A stretch of DNA of 64,000 nt, taken from positions 1 through 64,000 of the IMG/VR virus record IMGVR_UViG_3300045999_008996. One strand, written 5' to 3'. Positions 43,229 through 51,429 of the stretch are shown piece after piece. The notes beneath the pieces are model-generated. The model worked only from the letters and a program-made list of their open reading frames with translations. It was not told where the DNA came from and made no database searches. Within the stretch, counting starts at the first letter, position 1. Each line of letters opens with the position of its first letter. The position numbers and the translations under genes are program-made.

Positions 43229-43995
43229 TAGATTACGCGAGTTTTTTCATGTCCAACTCTAATGCGAGGATCGCACCAGATTTCAAATCCTGCCTCTTTT
43301 GCATCAAGACAGAATGAAACGTCTTCGCCACACATATCTTGAACTGCACCAGATTCAAAGACTTGCATCTTAGGAGCAAACCAAGGATATTCGAGATTCT
43401 CAAAAACACCCTTCTTAATCAGAACCCAACCAAAACCAGTGTAATCAACAGTAAATGGTTTACGACGCTTTGAGATAGACTCAACGGTTTCATGATTCAT
43501 GACTCCACCATTTTTGCGGAAATCATCCTCTTCCAACCAGTGTGCTACTGAGGTTGTGTGACCATCTTCTGTGGCATACCAACCAGCAACGACTTCTTTC
43601 TCTTCACCTTCTTCATTCAGTGCAACATCACAGAGTTGCCAGAATTTTTCTGTGTTGAAGACAATATCCGAGTCAATCCAAAGTTGATAATCATATTCTA
43701 GTTTACCATCCCAAGGAATTTGCTTCGGACCACGAAGTACATTTGCTCCAAGAACCTTACAACGTGCAAAGTTCACCATTGATGAGTAGTCTTGAGAAAT
43801 TTGAATACTCATTCCATTCTGTACAAGATCAAAACAAAGTTGTACAAATGCTTTTAGAAAGATAAAAGAACATCCTCTGCCAGGAAGACAGAAGACAATC
43901 GATTTACCTTTCATTCGTTCTTTAATTGCATCATAATCCCATTCTTGTTCTTTGGGTTTAGGTGCGGTTGCTTTTACTGTAAATCCTTTTGCCAT
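43228..43995 (-). CDS. GT-A fold glycosyltransferase-like protein
   Basis: WIDSDIVF (DxD), TGFGWVLIK, GEDVSFC, RVGHEK motifs. Confidence 0.7.
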   Translation of the reverse strand: MAKGFTVKATAPKPKEQEWDYDAIKERMKGKSIVFCLPGRGCSFIFLKAFVQLCFDLVQNGMSIQISQDYSSMVNFARCKVLGANVLRGPKQIPWDGKLEYDYQLWIDSDIVFNTEKFWQLCDVALNEEGEEKEVVAGWYATEDGHTTSVAHWLEEDDFRKNGGVMNHETVESISKRRKPFTVDYTGFGWVLIKKGVFENLEYPWFAPKMQVFESGAVQDMCGEDVSFCLDAKEAGFEIWCDPRIRVGHEKTRVI

Positions 43996-44018
43996 AAGTT
44001 AAATTAACCTTCAGATCA

Positions 44019-44047
44019 ATTTTATCGTCCTATTTAGTATTTGTCAA
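44019..44047 (-). promoter_or_regulatory. Sigma70 promoter with nested late-like CTAAATA
   Basis: TTGACA-N17-TAAAAT. Confidence 0.7.
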
Positions 44048-44053
44048 ATTGCC

Positions 44054-44248
44054 TCAATGAGAAGAATTCAACAGCACTTCCTTACTAACATAAAGTTCTT
44101 CATAACTTAAATCTTCTTTTGAAAGGTCCAAATCAAGAAGATCAATCATTCTGTGCATCATCTCCCAGGTCTCAGAAAATTTACTCTCTGATAAACTGTG
44201 ATATATGCACCGATCCTTTGCGTAAATGTGATAAACTTTTTCAGTCAT
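44054..44248 (-). CDS. Hypothetical protein
   Basis: 64 aa ORF. Confidence 0.7.
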   Translation of the reverse strand: MTEKVYHIYAKDRCIYHSLSESKFSETWEMMHRMIDLLDLDLSKEDLSYEELYVSKEVLLNSSH

Positions 44249-44280
44249 AAAAATATTTTCCGGAATTTTTTCAGTGCTTT

Positions 44281-44439
44281 TTATTTTGTAACCGCATTAT
44301 ATATCAGAACTAATAAAAAACCAACAGTGCCTCCGAATATCGTAAAGCACTGTCGTGGATATCGTATTAACCATCCCGCAAAGACAACCTTCCAGAAATT
44401 CCAATAAGGTCTACTTCTTTTTCCTCTTACGCGCACCAT
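44281..44439 (-). CDS. Small membrane protein, 52 aa
   Basis: Hand translation ...PYWNFWKVVFAGWLIRYPRQCFTIFGGTVGFLLVLIYNAVTK. Confidence 0.55.
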   Translation of the reverse strand: MVRVRGKRSRPYWNFWKVVFAGWLIRYPRQCFTIFGGTVGFLLVLIYNAVTK

Positions 44440-44521
44440 TTGCTTTTGCTTGACTCTTGCAACTCTTACAACGTTTATCAGGACGGGACTTACCGTTCTT
44501 GTGAATCCAACGTGTAAACAT
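44411..44521 (-). CDS. Small basic protein, 36 aa
   Basis: MFTRWIHKNGKSRPDKRCKSCKSQAKANGARKRKKK; GGAG upstream. Confidence 0.5.
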   Translation of the reverse strand: MFTRWIHKNGKSRPDKRCKSCKSQAKANGARKRKKK

Positions 44522-44672
44522 TTTTATCTCCGGAAAATTTTTATGAGTTTAATATTTAGAGGTCGAATTGTCACCTCTGTAGGTTAGGGACTTATCGATT
44601 TTTATAACCGCAACGCCGCGCGGCGCTTATAAGAATCGGCGGCAAAACACTGCCGAATCACTATCATCACCA

Positions 44673-44701
44673 AGCATAACATAAAGCGGCACCAGCGTCA
44701 A
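44673..44701 (-). promoter_or_regulatory. Sigma70 promoter with -35 inside a GC hairpin
   Basis: TTGACG-N17-TATGCT; GCGGCAC/GTGCCGC arms flank the -35. Confidence 0.65.
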
Positions 44702-44720
44702 CCAGTGCCGCACCACGTTA

Positions 44721-44861
44721 TCAGAAATCAATCACATTCAGAGTCCCCATAGTATCACCTTCCTCTGCAACATTATCACTGACGATTGCATCCAGAATCG
44801 AAAGAATCTCATCACCAGTGTTACCTTGTGCCAGCATCGAAAGCATCACGGTCTTGGACAT
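44721..44861 (-). CDS. Microprotein paralog A, 46 aa
   Basis: MSKTVMLSMLAQGNTGDEILSILDAIVSDNVAEEGDTMGTLNVIDF. Confidence 0.75.
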   Translation of the reverse strand: MSKTVMLSMLAQGNTGDEILSILDAIVSDNVAEEGDTMGTLNVIDF

Positions 44862-44955
44862 AATAACGAAGAAAAGTGTTAGTTAGTGTGTGGTGAGTTG
44901 GGTATATTTTATGACCCCCCAATTCGTAGGGTCACTGATACTAACCGTGGTGTGG

Positions 44956-45093
44956 TCAGTTAGTTGCAAAGACCTCAGCGCAACTATCAATACCCTCCTG
45001 CTCAATGTCGGAGACGATAACATCGAGGATGGACAGAATCTCATCACCAGTGTTACCTTGTGCCAGCATGGAGAGGATAACGGTCTTGGACAT
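44956..45093 (-). CDS. Microprotein paralog B, 45 aa
   Basis: MSKTVILSMLAQGNTGDEILSILDVIVSDIEQEGIDSCAEVFATN. Confidence 0.75.
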   Translation of the reverse strand: MSKTVILSMLAQGNTGDEILSILDVIVSDIEQEGIDSCAEVFATN

Positions 45094-45162
45094 AATGAAG
45101 AAGAAAAGTGTTGTGAACTGTGAGTGCCTAGTTTATACTCATTCGACAGGAGTTGGTGTTAC

Positions 45163-45462
45163 TTAGAAGTCGAACACATTGATGTTGATTTCCTGGATAT
45201 TGACCATGGGGTCAGCATACTTAACACCATCAGGAGTTGCCACAATACCCTCATCATTCAGTGCGTCGATAGTGTCAACATAGTTGCCCATATCGCGGCA
45301 GAGGTAATAGAGATTGACGTCATTCTGCAACCACAGTGCAACATTCCAGGTCTCATAATTTGCCCAACCGTTATAGGTGGTGTCGGTCAGATTTGCTTGA
45401 AAAGTAGCAGTCATTGGTAAGTCTTGAGTGTTAGCGGGGCGGTGAACTTGTGTGCCCCTCAT
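45163..45462 (-). CDS. Hypothetical protein (YNGWANYETWNVALW family)
   Basis: Starts at the ATG of repeat copy 1; second Met at residue 17. Confidence 0.75.
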   Translation of the reverse strand: MRGTQVHRPANTQDLPMTATFQANLTDTTYNGWANYETWNVALWLQNDVNLYYLCRDMGNYVDTIDALNDEGIVATPDGVKYADPMVNIQEININVFDF

Positions 45463-45492
45463 ACTACTAAGACACTTTCAAGGTGAGTAACT

Positions 45493-45915
45493 TTAATGGA
45501 TGCGGTCCTGAATATCATTGAGGACCGTAGATAAGACTTCCACACTATCCTCACCGTTCTCTTCTAACTGTTGCATAACGTCTTGCAGTTGGGGTAGAAT
45601 AGCAGTGGTAATCTGTGGCACTCTGATAATACTCATTTCGCCCAGATGCTTATACTTTAGAGGTCTTCCTCCAGCAATAGTTTTGGGACGAAACTTACTG
45701 TCTTTTTTAGACTTTTCAATGTGGCATTTGTTACATAAAAGTTGGCACTTTGATAACTCTTCTAACAGAACTTCCTTAGGTTTACTATAACCTGCAGCAA
45801 TATTGAATGACTTTGTAGAAGGGTCAATATGGTCAAACTCTAATGCTTCTGTGCAACCACATTCTACACACTTTCCACCCAACTTTTCAATTAGAATTTC
45901 CCTTAATAAGTTCAT
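45493..45915 (-). CDS. HNH endonuclease with C-terminal extension
   Basis: CVECG...FDHIDP...CQLLCNKCH; late promoter TATAAATA 45943-45950. Confidence 0.85.
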   Translation of the reverse strand: MNLLREILIEKLGGKCVECGCTEALEFDHIDPSTKSFNIAAGYSKPKEVLLEELSKCQLLCNKCHIEKSKKDSKFRPKTIAGGRPLKYKHLGEMSIIRVPQITTAILPQLQDVMQQLEENGEDSVEVLSTVLNDIQDRIH

Positions 45916-46013
45916 AGGTATTTTGATAACTTAATACGTCGTTATTTATAGGTTTTTTGAGGTATTACGTTATCAAAACTTAAACGCCTTATTTGGTATA
46001 AATTGCTACCAAA

Positions 46014-46187
46014 TTACCATCTATCGGGTGTACTTAGGTCTTCTACGTAAGCATCACACTTCTCTGCAGGTTCCAACTTGAAGAGTTTCTCCCAGTCAAT
46101 TTGATGTGGGTCGAAGTCAGGAAACGCAGAGATATCTAGAGTGATGCGATAACGAACCTTCTGTGCCTGAGTGTATGCTACTGACAT
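46014..46187 (-). CDS. Hypothetical protein, 57 aa
   Basis: MSVAYTQAQKVRYRITLDISAFPDFDPHQIDWEKLFKLEPAEKCDAYVEDLSTPDRW; GGAG and promoter upstream. Confidence 0.7.
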   Translation of the reverse strand: MSVAYTQAQKVRYRITLDISAFPDFDPHQIDWEKLFKLEPAEKCDAYVEDLSTPDRW

Positions 46188-46214
46188 AAGTGCGCTCCTG
46201 TGTGTTATGAAGGT

Positions 46215-46243
46215 ACTATAAGATGCCTGGGCGAAAATGTCAA
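46215..46243 (-). promoter_or_regulatory. Sigma70 promoter
   Basis: TTGACA-N17-TATAGT. Confidence 0.8.
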
Positions 46244-46314
46244 TGGTCTGGGGGTATTTAGGCGGTCCTGGTGGATTTAAGCAGGGGAATTGTGAGGATT
46301 TTGTGACCCTGTGG

Positions 46315-46344
46315 TTGACAAAAGTGCTGTTCTTATGTTATGCT
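46315..46344 (+). promoter_or_regulatory. Plus-strand sigma70 promoter facing non-coding AT-rich DNA
   Basis: TTGACA-N18-TATGCT with extended -10 TG. Confidence 0.6.
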
Positions 46345-46570
46345 CGGTAAGAAGACAAGACCTCGACACGTTTATAATGTATCAGCACACATTCTCTGGC
46401 ACATTATAAGATAATAGAGACGATTAAAGGCACTTAATTGATACGAATTCATATCATTATCACACATTAATAACAATAATTATCAGGCATTTAATTCGAA
46501 CGTTTATATTTAAATTGATATTTTTAATTGATTTTATTGTTTTTTTAACGTTATTTTGGCATAAAAGCAT

Positions 46571-46597
46571 AAAAAAAGAGGGTAGAAGTACCCTCTC
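46571..46597 (-). terminator. Rho-independent terminator
   Basis: AGAGGGTA/TACCCTCT stem with U-tract on minus strand. Confidence 0.8.
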
Positions 46598-46606
46598 TAT
46601 CTTATA

Positions 46607-46843
46607 TCAATCAATCGCTAATCTGTACCTTGCATAATCCTCTGCATCAGATCTTTTACGGAATCGTGCTTCTTCTCCTTCAAATCTAAGAGGCAAATAC
46701 CTATACTTCTTGCCTTCCTTAGTCATTACAATTCGGGAGAATAGATGCAGTGAGTAACTACCATCCTCCGTTCTTTGTGCTTCTTTCTTTACAATGAAAG
46801 GCAGAACTTGTTGGTCGTTGAATGAGGACTTAGAGAGTAACAT
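46607..46843 (-). CDS. Hypothetical protein
   Basis: 78 aa ORF. Confidence 0.65.
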   Translation of the reverse strand: MLLSKSSFNDQQVLPFIVKKEAQRTEDGSYSLHLFSRIVMTKEGKKYRYLPLRFEGEEARFRKRSDAEDYARYRLAID

Positions 46844-46866
46844 TTCGATTTAAGAGTGTAGGATTA

Positions 46867-47058
46867 TCAGGAGAATCGTGATGCAAACTTAAGTGCATCT
46901 TTTTCTTTTGTATAAGTCTTGAACTCTTTAGTCACCCAGTAAGCATCACCTCGCAGAGTGTTTTCTTTGAACACATCAACCTGAACTGAGAACTTGTTAT
47001 TATACTCTCTGATGTAAACTCTGGTATCACCAATCTTTGGACGTTCCATGGTTTGCAT
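46867..47058 (-). CDS. Hypothetical protein
   Basis: 63 aa ORF. Confidence 0.6.
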   Translation of the reverse strand: MQTMERPKIGDTRVYIREYNNKFSVQVDVFKENTLRGDAYWVTKEFKTYTKEKDALKFASRFS

Positions 47059-47074
47059 ATTCTTTTGCTTGGTT

Positions 47075-47263
47075 TTAATTGGTGATCAATTCAGCAGGAC
47101 TACCACACGATTTGTAGAACTCAATCATACGATTTGCTTCCTCTAGTGTAGAGAACGTTTGCGTCCTCCATTGTTGTTGATAAGGTGTAAAGTAACGGAT
47201 TTTGAACATTTTGTTTGATTCAGTTAGAGTGAAGAATGGTGAGCATCTTCTGGTAATACTCAT
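47075..47263 (-). CDS. Hypothetical protein (real start probably MFKIRYF)
   Basis: WRTQTFSTLEEANRMIEFYKSCGSPA. Confidence 0.6.
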   Translation of the reverse strand: MSITRRCSPFFTLTESNKMFKIRYFTPYQQQWRTQTFSTLEEANRMIEFYKSCGSPAELITN

Positions 47264-47387
47264 CTGCTTCTACTTCACATTGATGAGACTGTGTTGCATC
47301 TTCAATCTCGTATTGTTTCATACTCAGAGAGTGAATTACGCTGTCTAGAAGATTAGTCAGTGCTTCAATCTTTTGTTCGTTAGTCAT
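47220..47387 (-). CDS. Hypothetical protein, 55 aa
   Basis: MTNEQKIEALTNLLDSVIHSL...; TGATG coupling. Confidence 0.6.
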   Translation of the reverse strand: MTNEQKIEALTNLLDSVIHSLSMKQYEIEDATQSHQCEVEADEYYQKMLTILHSN

Positions 47388-47725
47388 CAGTTAAGCACCA
47401 TACCTTCAGTGAAAGGAATTGTGTTACCGTTATCAATCACAAACCATTCAAAATCACGTTGAAAGATACGGGCATCATTTCCGTGCTCTTTCAGAATAGC
47501 ATTGAGACGTGATTTGGTTGTTGGAGTTTTATACCCACAGGTGTAAAGTTCAAGGAAGGTATCACCAATCGTTGCGATATGATTGCCATGCAGATAAACA
47601 TATGAAGCATCACGTTCGGGCGAATAGAGAACTTCAGTGTTGTCAGACTTCCAGTCTTTGCAGTTGGTAATAGCATTGTTCATTTTGGATTCAATAACTC
47701 GCATGGTTGGAGATTCAGTGGTCAT
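47387..47725 (-). CDS. Hypothetical phage protein
   Basis: VYLHGNHIA, TPTTKSRLNAIL; starts at repeat ATG. Confidence 0.8.
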   Translation of the reverse strand: MTTESPTMRVIESKMNNAITNCKDWKSDNTEVLYSPERDASYVYLHGNHIATIGDTFLELYTCGYKTPTTKSRLNAILKEHGNDARIFQRDFEWFVIDNGNTIPFTEGMVLN

Positions 47726-47766
47726 ACTACTAGGACACTTTCAAGGTGAGTAACTTTAATTGCGAC

Positions 47767-47973
47767 TTACAGAGAAAATACTTTAGATGTCACAAGTTGG
47801 GAATCTTGATCATACTTTTCATAAGACCAAGTACCTTCGGTTTGTTCAACATAAGAGTGAACATTGTCGTTACAATCTTCCTTCCAAAAGGCACCAGTTT
47901 CGGGTTGGAAGAAATAACCAGATGCGATAAGTGCGTCAGTGAATGTCATTGTGATTTCAGCGTTAAGTAACAA
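47767..47973 (-). CDS. Hypothetical protein
   Basis: 68 aa ORF. Confidence 0.55.
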   Translation of the reverse strand: MLLNAEITMTFTDALIASGYFFQPETGAFWKEDCNDNVHSYVEQTEGTWSYEKYDQDSQLVTSKVFSL

Positions 47974-47976
47974 TAA

Positions 47977-48186
47977 TCAGGCAGCGATTGCAGACTCTAG
48001 ACATACCTCACGGGTTTCGAGTAGAACATAATCACACTCAGATTCCAGTTCCTTCAGGTAGGCATTGGCAGCAGAGAAACAATCAAACAAGCGGAGAGAT
48101 CTGAAGTTCTCACCTTCATAATCAAATCCACCGATAACAGCGTAGACAGACATTTTGGACATTTGAGACATTTGGGAAGTGGTCAT
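47977..48186 (-). CDS. Hypothetical protein
   Basis: VYAVIGGFDYEGE; starts at repeat ATG. Confidence 0.7.
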   Translation of the reverse strand: MTTSQMSQMSKMSVYAVIGGFDYEGENFRSLRLFDCFSAANAYLKELESECDYVLLETREVCLESAIAA

Positions 48187-48216
48187 ACTACTAGGACACT
48201 TTCAAGGTGAGTAACT

Positions 48217-48357
48217 TTAATTGGTCGTCACATATGGTCCTTGAACATCACAAAACTCTAGAAGAAAGTAATCAATAGTGACGCCAAGTTCATTTGCAAA
48301 CTGTAGATTTTCTTGATATTGTTCCTGAGAAAGAATGTAGAAATCAGTCTCAATCAT
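48217..48357 (-). CDS. Hypothetical protein, 46 aa
   Basis: MIETDFYILSQEQYQENLQFANELGVTIDYFLLEFCDVQGPYVTTN; TAA lies in repeat copy 3. Confidence 0.6.
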   Translation of the reverse strand: MIETDFYILSQEQYQENLQFANELGVTIDYFLLEFCDVQGPYVTTN

Positions 48358-48644
48358 GGTCGATTTGTCCTCCTTGAAGTTCAACATTGTCTAGTACAGT
48401 AACAATCTGCTGGTTTGGAGTAAGGTAGTCGATTTGCAGAACATTCGGCGCGATTTCAGTTGCTCCGATAATCGTAGATGCTAACAGGATTTCAATCATT
48501 GTTGCGGTGAGATAATGTCTGCTACAGTGTGCAATGTATTGGAAGTGATGTTGCGAACTCCAGGTGAGAGTATCATCGCAACAATGAAGATTAGTGTAAA
48601 TGTCTTCACTTTACAAGGAGACTTAAATGTAAGACTTTTTGCCA

Positions 48645-48878
48645 TCAGTTAATGACATCATACTTCAGGGATTTGACACACCAACCCGTGTTGTCAGAGA
48701 TACAATCGACAAGATCTTCCTCACTCGGAGGTGCCCAAAGGCAAGATTTTGCATCATCTACGATCTCTTTCTTCTCATACTCAGTGAGATCTTCATAGTC
48801 GAAATCGAACTCAATTTCAGTGATTTTGTAGTAGTTCATACTTTTAGTGTTAGTCAGGGTTTCAGTGGAAGTGGTCAT
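48645..48878 (-). CDS. Hypothetical protein
   Basis: ITEIEFDF...ISDNTGWCVKSL; starts at repeat ATG. Confidence 0.7.
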   Translation of the reverse strand: MTTSTETLTNTKSMNYYKITEIEFDFDYEDLTEYEKKEIVDDAKSCLWAPPSEEDLVDCISDNTGWCVKSLKYDVIN

Positions 48879-48908
48879 ACTACTAGGACACTTTGGAGGT
48901 GAGTAACT

Positions 48909-49118
48909 TTAATTGAACTCGATGTTCCAGTCAACATCTGCAGTAAGATTGACCCAAAAGTGATTCTTACCGTTTGCAGAGGTTAGAAACACTTTGTTTC
49001 CGTGATGTTGCTCCACAATACATTCATTATTGCGGTTCATTAAGTTACAGAAACGATTCTGTGCTTTCTTACTCTTGGGTGTCACAAATGCAGTCATCAT
49101 ATTCAGGTTGTTGTCCAT
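48909..49118 (-). CDS. Hypothetical protein
   Basis: Start codon and stop codon both supplied by flanking repeats. Confidence 0.75.
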   Translation of the reverse strand: MDNNLNMMTAFVTPKSKKAQNRFCNLMNRNNECIVEQHHGNKVFLTSANGKNHFWVNLTADVDWNIEFN

Positions 49119-49165
49119 ACTACTAGGACACTTTAGAGGTGAGTAACTTTAATTGACGTAGAGTT

Positions 49166-49522
49166 TCAGTTACGCATCAGGGCAAGTGCATCATTCTCAC
49201 TGATGCTATCCTCAGGCAGTTGGATATTGCGAGCACAGGCAACTGCATCAGCAAAATTATCAAAAGTGCCAAAGGATTTCTGATTACCACACCAGCAACC
49301 TTTGTACTCATAAAACATTGCTTCGACTGAGAATACATCACCTTTTGTTTTAGAATCTACACTGTGCTTGATGTACACTTTACCGTCATATCGGGTGTAC
49401 TTATCAAACATATTGCTCTTGAAAGTACGAATGAAATCAGCGATAGACTCAGCAGTCAGATTGATATTCTGAGAGAACAGATTTGCGTAATGAACTGTCA
49501 TTTTAGTGGTTTCAGTGGTCAT
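49166..49522 (-). CDS. Hypothetical protein
   Basis: 118 aa; starts at repeat ATG. Confidence 0.7.
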   Translation of the reverse strand: MTTETTKMTVHYANLFSQNINLTAESIADFIRTFKSNMFDKYTRYDGKVYIKHSVDSKTKGDVFSVEAMFYEYKGCWCGNQKSFGTFDNFADAVACARNIQLPEDSISENDALALMRN

Positions 49523-49557
49523 ACTACTAGGACACTTTGGAGGTGAGTAACTTTAAT

Positions 49558-50175
49558 TCAGAACAGATTGCGACCGAATTGACCACACAAATAGAATGCC
49601 ATTCCTTTATCCTTAAGGGTCACATCTGCAAAGGTCAGAGGTACATAGCGACCGTTGGTTTTAGATGCTTTGGTGCGAATCTGCAGAAGTCCGTTAGGAC
49701 CAGTGATGGTAGAAAGTTCTTTGCCTGCATCGAAAAGTGTGCGGATGCTGTTACAAATGAACTCATAATCCTCACGCAATTCTTGATAGTGTGCAGCATG
49801 AGTTTCTTCATTCAGAATAACACTGCCCACATAATCGTTGTTGCGAGTGAATCCAACATATACAGTTTGCTTCAGTTTCTGTCCAACCTTGCTATCATCA
49901 AATGACACTGCATCTTCGATGATTTCAGATAGACAATGCTTCAACTGTGTGGCAGCAATAGATTCACCAACTGTAAAAGTCTTAATTTCTCCATCCTCCA
50001 AATCTTTCAGGTCGGAGGAGTTAGGAACTCCGAGGGCAGTTTCTAACAGTTGCCCGCGAGCACCTTTGTTCTTGCCAGGTTTCTCAAATGCACTGAAGTC
50101 AGTTACATTCAGTTTGGCAAATACTTCAAGGGTGGTTAGTTTAGTCATGGTAAAATTAGGAAGTGAAATCACCAA
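49558..50175 (-). CDS. MutH/Sau3AI-family PD-(D/E)xK endonuclease
   Basis: NKGARGQLLETALG...D...EIKT, LQIRTKA, AFYL resemble MutH motifs; true start probably MTKLTT. Confidence 0.75.
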   Translation of the reverse strand: MVISLPNFTMTKLTTLEVFAKLNVTDFSAFEKPGKNKGARGQLLETALGVPNSSDLKDLEDGEIKTFTVGESIAATQLKHCLSEIIEDAVSFDDSKVGQKLKQTVYVGFTRNNDYVGSVILNEETHAAHYQELREDYEFICNSIRTLFDAGKELSTITGPNGLLQIRTKASKTNGRYVPLTFADVTLKDKGMAFYLCGQFGRNLF

Positions 50176-50346
50176 TCAGTCAACAACAGAGTAACAAGCA
50201 ACCCAGGAAGGAATCCCAGAGAGTGATAACGAACCATTGCGAGCATCGCAATAGTCTTCTGCCTCTTTTTCAGAGTAGAAAGGTCCAATGTACTCTGGAG
50301 AATCGAGTGCTTCAGACCAAAATCGAACGGTAAAAGTGTTTCTCAT
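50176..50346 (-). CDS. Hypothetical protein, 56 aa
   Basis: MRNTFTVRFWSEALDSPEYIGPFYSEKEAEDYC...; its only Met is the repeat ATG. Confidence 0.7.
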   Translation of the reverse strand: MRNTFTVRFWSEALDSPEYIGPFYSEKEAEDYCDARNGSLSLSGIPSWVACYSVVD

Positions 50347-50380
50347 ACTACTAGGACACTTTAGAGGTGAGTAACTTTAA

Positions 50381-50524
50381 TTACTTGAAAGTTCCATTGA
50401 CACCAACAACCTTTGCAGTAGGATTGCGTGCTTGTGCAGTTTCGCGGGCATCTTTTGGAGAGTTAGCATACACTTCCTCCTTGAAGACTTTACCGCCAAC
50501 GTATAACTCAACAATGTACTTCAT
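50381..50524 (-). CDS. Hypothetical protein, 47 aa
   Basis: MKYIVELYVGGKVFKEEVYANSPKDARETAQARNPTAKVVGVNGTFK. Confidence 0.7.
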   Translation of the reverse strand: MKYIVELYVGGKVFKEEVYANSPKDARETAQARNPTAKVVGVNGTFK

Positions 50525-50721
50525 AGTGTTTGAAACTCCTGTGCTTCTTTGATGTTAGAATTGTAGTATTTGGTGATTAGATCATTACACAATGGTTTCC
50601 ATTCTTCATCAATACCAGAGTGCTCACAATCTCGTGCTTGATATAACAAACGCAGTATGCAAGTTTCCTCATCTTTTGTGAACTTAACGCGATTGAAAGT
50701 GTAACCGTCAGTCATAATCAA
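50521..50721 (-). CDS. Hypothetical protein
   Basis: 66 aa ORF. Confidence 0.6.
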   Translation of the reverse strand: MIMTDGYTFNRVKFTKDEETCILRLLYQARDCEHSGIDEEWKPLCNDLITKYYNSNIKEAQEFQTL

Positions 50722-50885
50722 ACAGGGGTAACTTCAACGGAACGGATAAGATTTGTGCGGTCTTGTGCTAGGTAATCATCAGCGATTTTACCACAAGATG
50801 AACGCGATTGAATGAACTTTTCTTCGTATAGGTTCTCATCTTCATCAGGAACCCAATACTCAATCAGCATACGATAAGTGTTCAT
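50718..50885 (-). CDS. Hypothetical protein, 55 aa
   Basis: MNTYRMLIEYWVPDEDENLYEEKF...; TGATG coupling. Confidence 0.6.
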   Translation of the reverse strand: MNTYRMLIEYWVPDEDENLYEEKFIQSRSSCGKIADDYLAQDRTNLIRSVEVTPV

Positions 50886-51133
50886 CAATAGTGTGCTTCA
50901 GAAGTGTCAAGAACTTCGCTGTACTTAGCGATACCATCATAGCAACGCTTTGCCATTTCAGAATCACCCTCAGCGACATAACCTTTCAGAAACTCGAAGC
51001 AGTATTTGATACGCAGTTCGGGTGCAACTGCAGCGAGTTGTTGTTGACGACGCTCGTAAGCGGCGTTGTATGCAAACATTTCACGATCTTCGAGAGAGAT
51101 GTTGTGAAACTTGCGGTCGGTAGTGTTGTTCAT
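50885..51133 (-). CDS. Hypothetical protein
   Basis: 82 aa; starts at repeat ATG. Confidence 0.7.
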   Translation of the reverse strand: MNNTTDRKFHNISLEDREMFAYNAAYERRQQQLAAVAPELRIKYCFEFLKGYVAEGDSEMAKRCYDGIAKYSEVLDTSEAHY

Positions 51134-51174
51134 ACTACTAGGACACTTTGGAGGTGAGTAACTTTAATTACCCG

Positions 51175-51429
51175 TTACCACGTTCCTCTTTGGACGTGGA
51201 TTTTGCGAATCTCCTGATAAATGAACTGACGAAGTTTAGGTTCGGTAGTGTTATCAAAAGCATAATAAAGACGATTTAGATACTCATTCTGTGTGGCACC
51301 TATGTTACCATTACCACCGATGTCATTGAGTGATGAACCTGCCTTCACCTTTGAAACACCGAAATTGCCAGTGATGTTACCTTTGGTGCGAAACTGTGGT
51401 TTAATCTTTGAGAGATTAGAGTAAGTCAT
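51175..51429 (-). CDS. Hypothetical protein
   Basis: 84 aa ORF. Confidence 0.7.
   Translation of the reverse strand: MTYSNLSKIKPQFRTKGNITGNFGVSKVKAGSSLNDIGGNGNIGATQNEYLNRLYYAFDNTTEPKLRQFIYQEIRKIHVQRGTW

Noticed and set aside
44250-46600. tRNA genes in the intergenic zone
   Set aside because: No cloverleaf with a T-loop GTTCRA and acceptor stem recognised
48898-48912. TAAAGTTACTCAC resembles T7 promoter TAATACGACTCAC (9/13)
   Set aside because: The specificity and TATA initiation positions differ, and no single-subunit RNA polymerase is seen; worth revisiting only if one is found elsewhere in the genome
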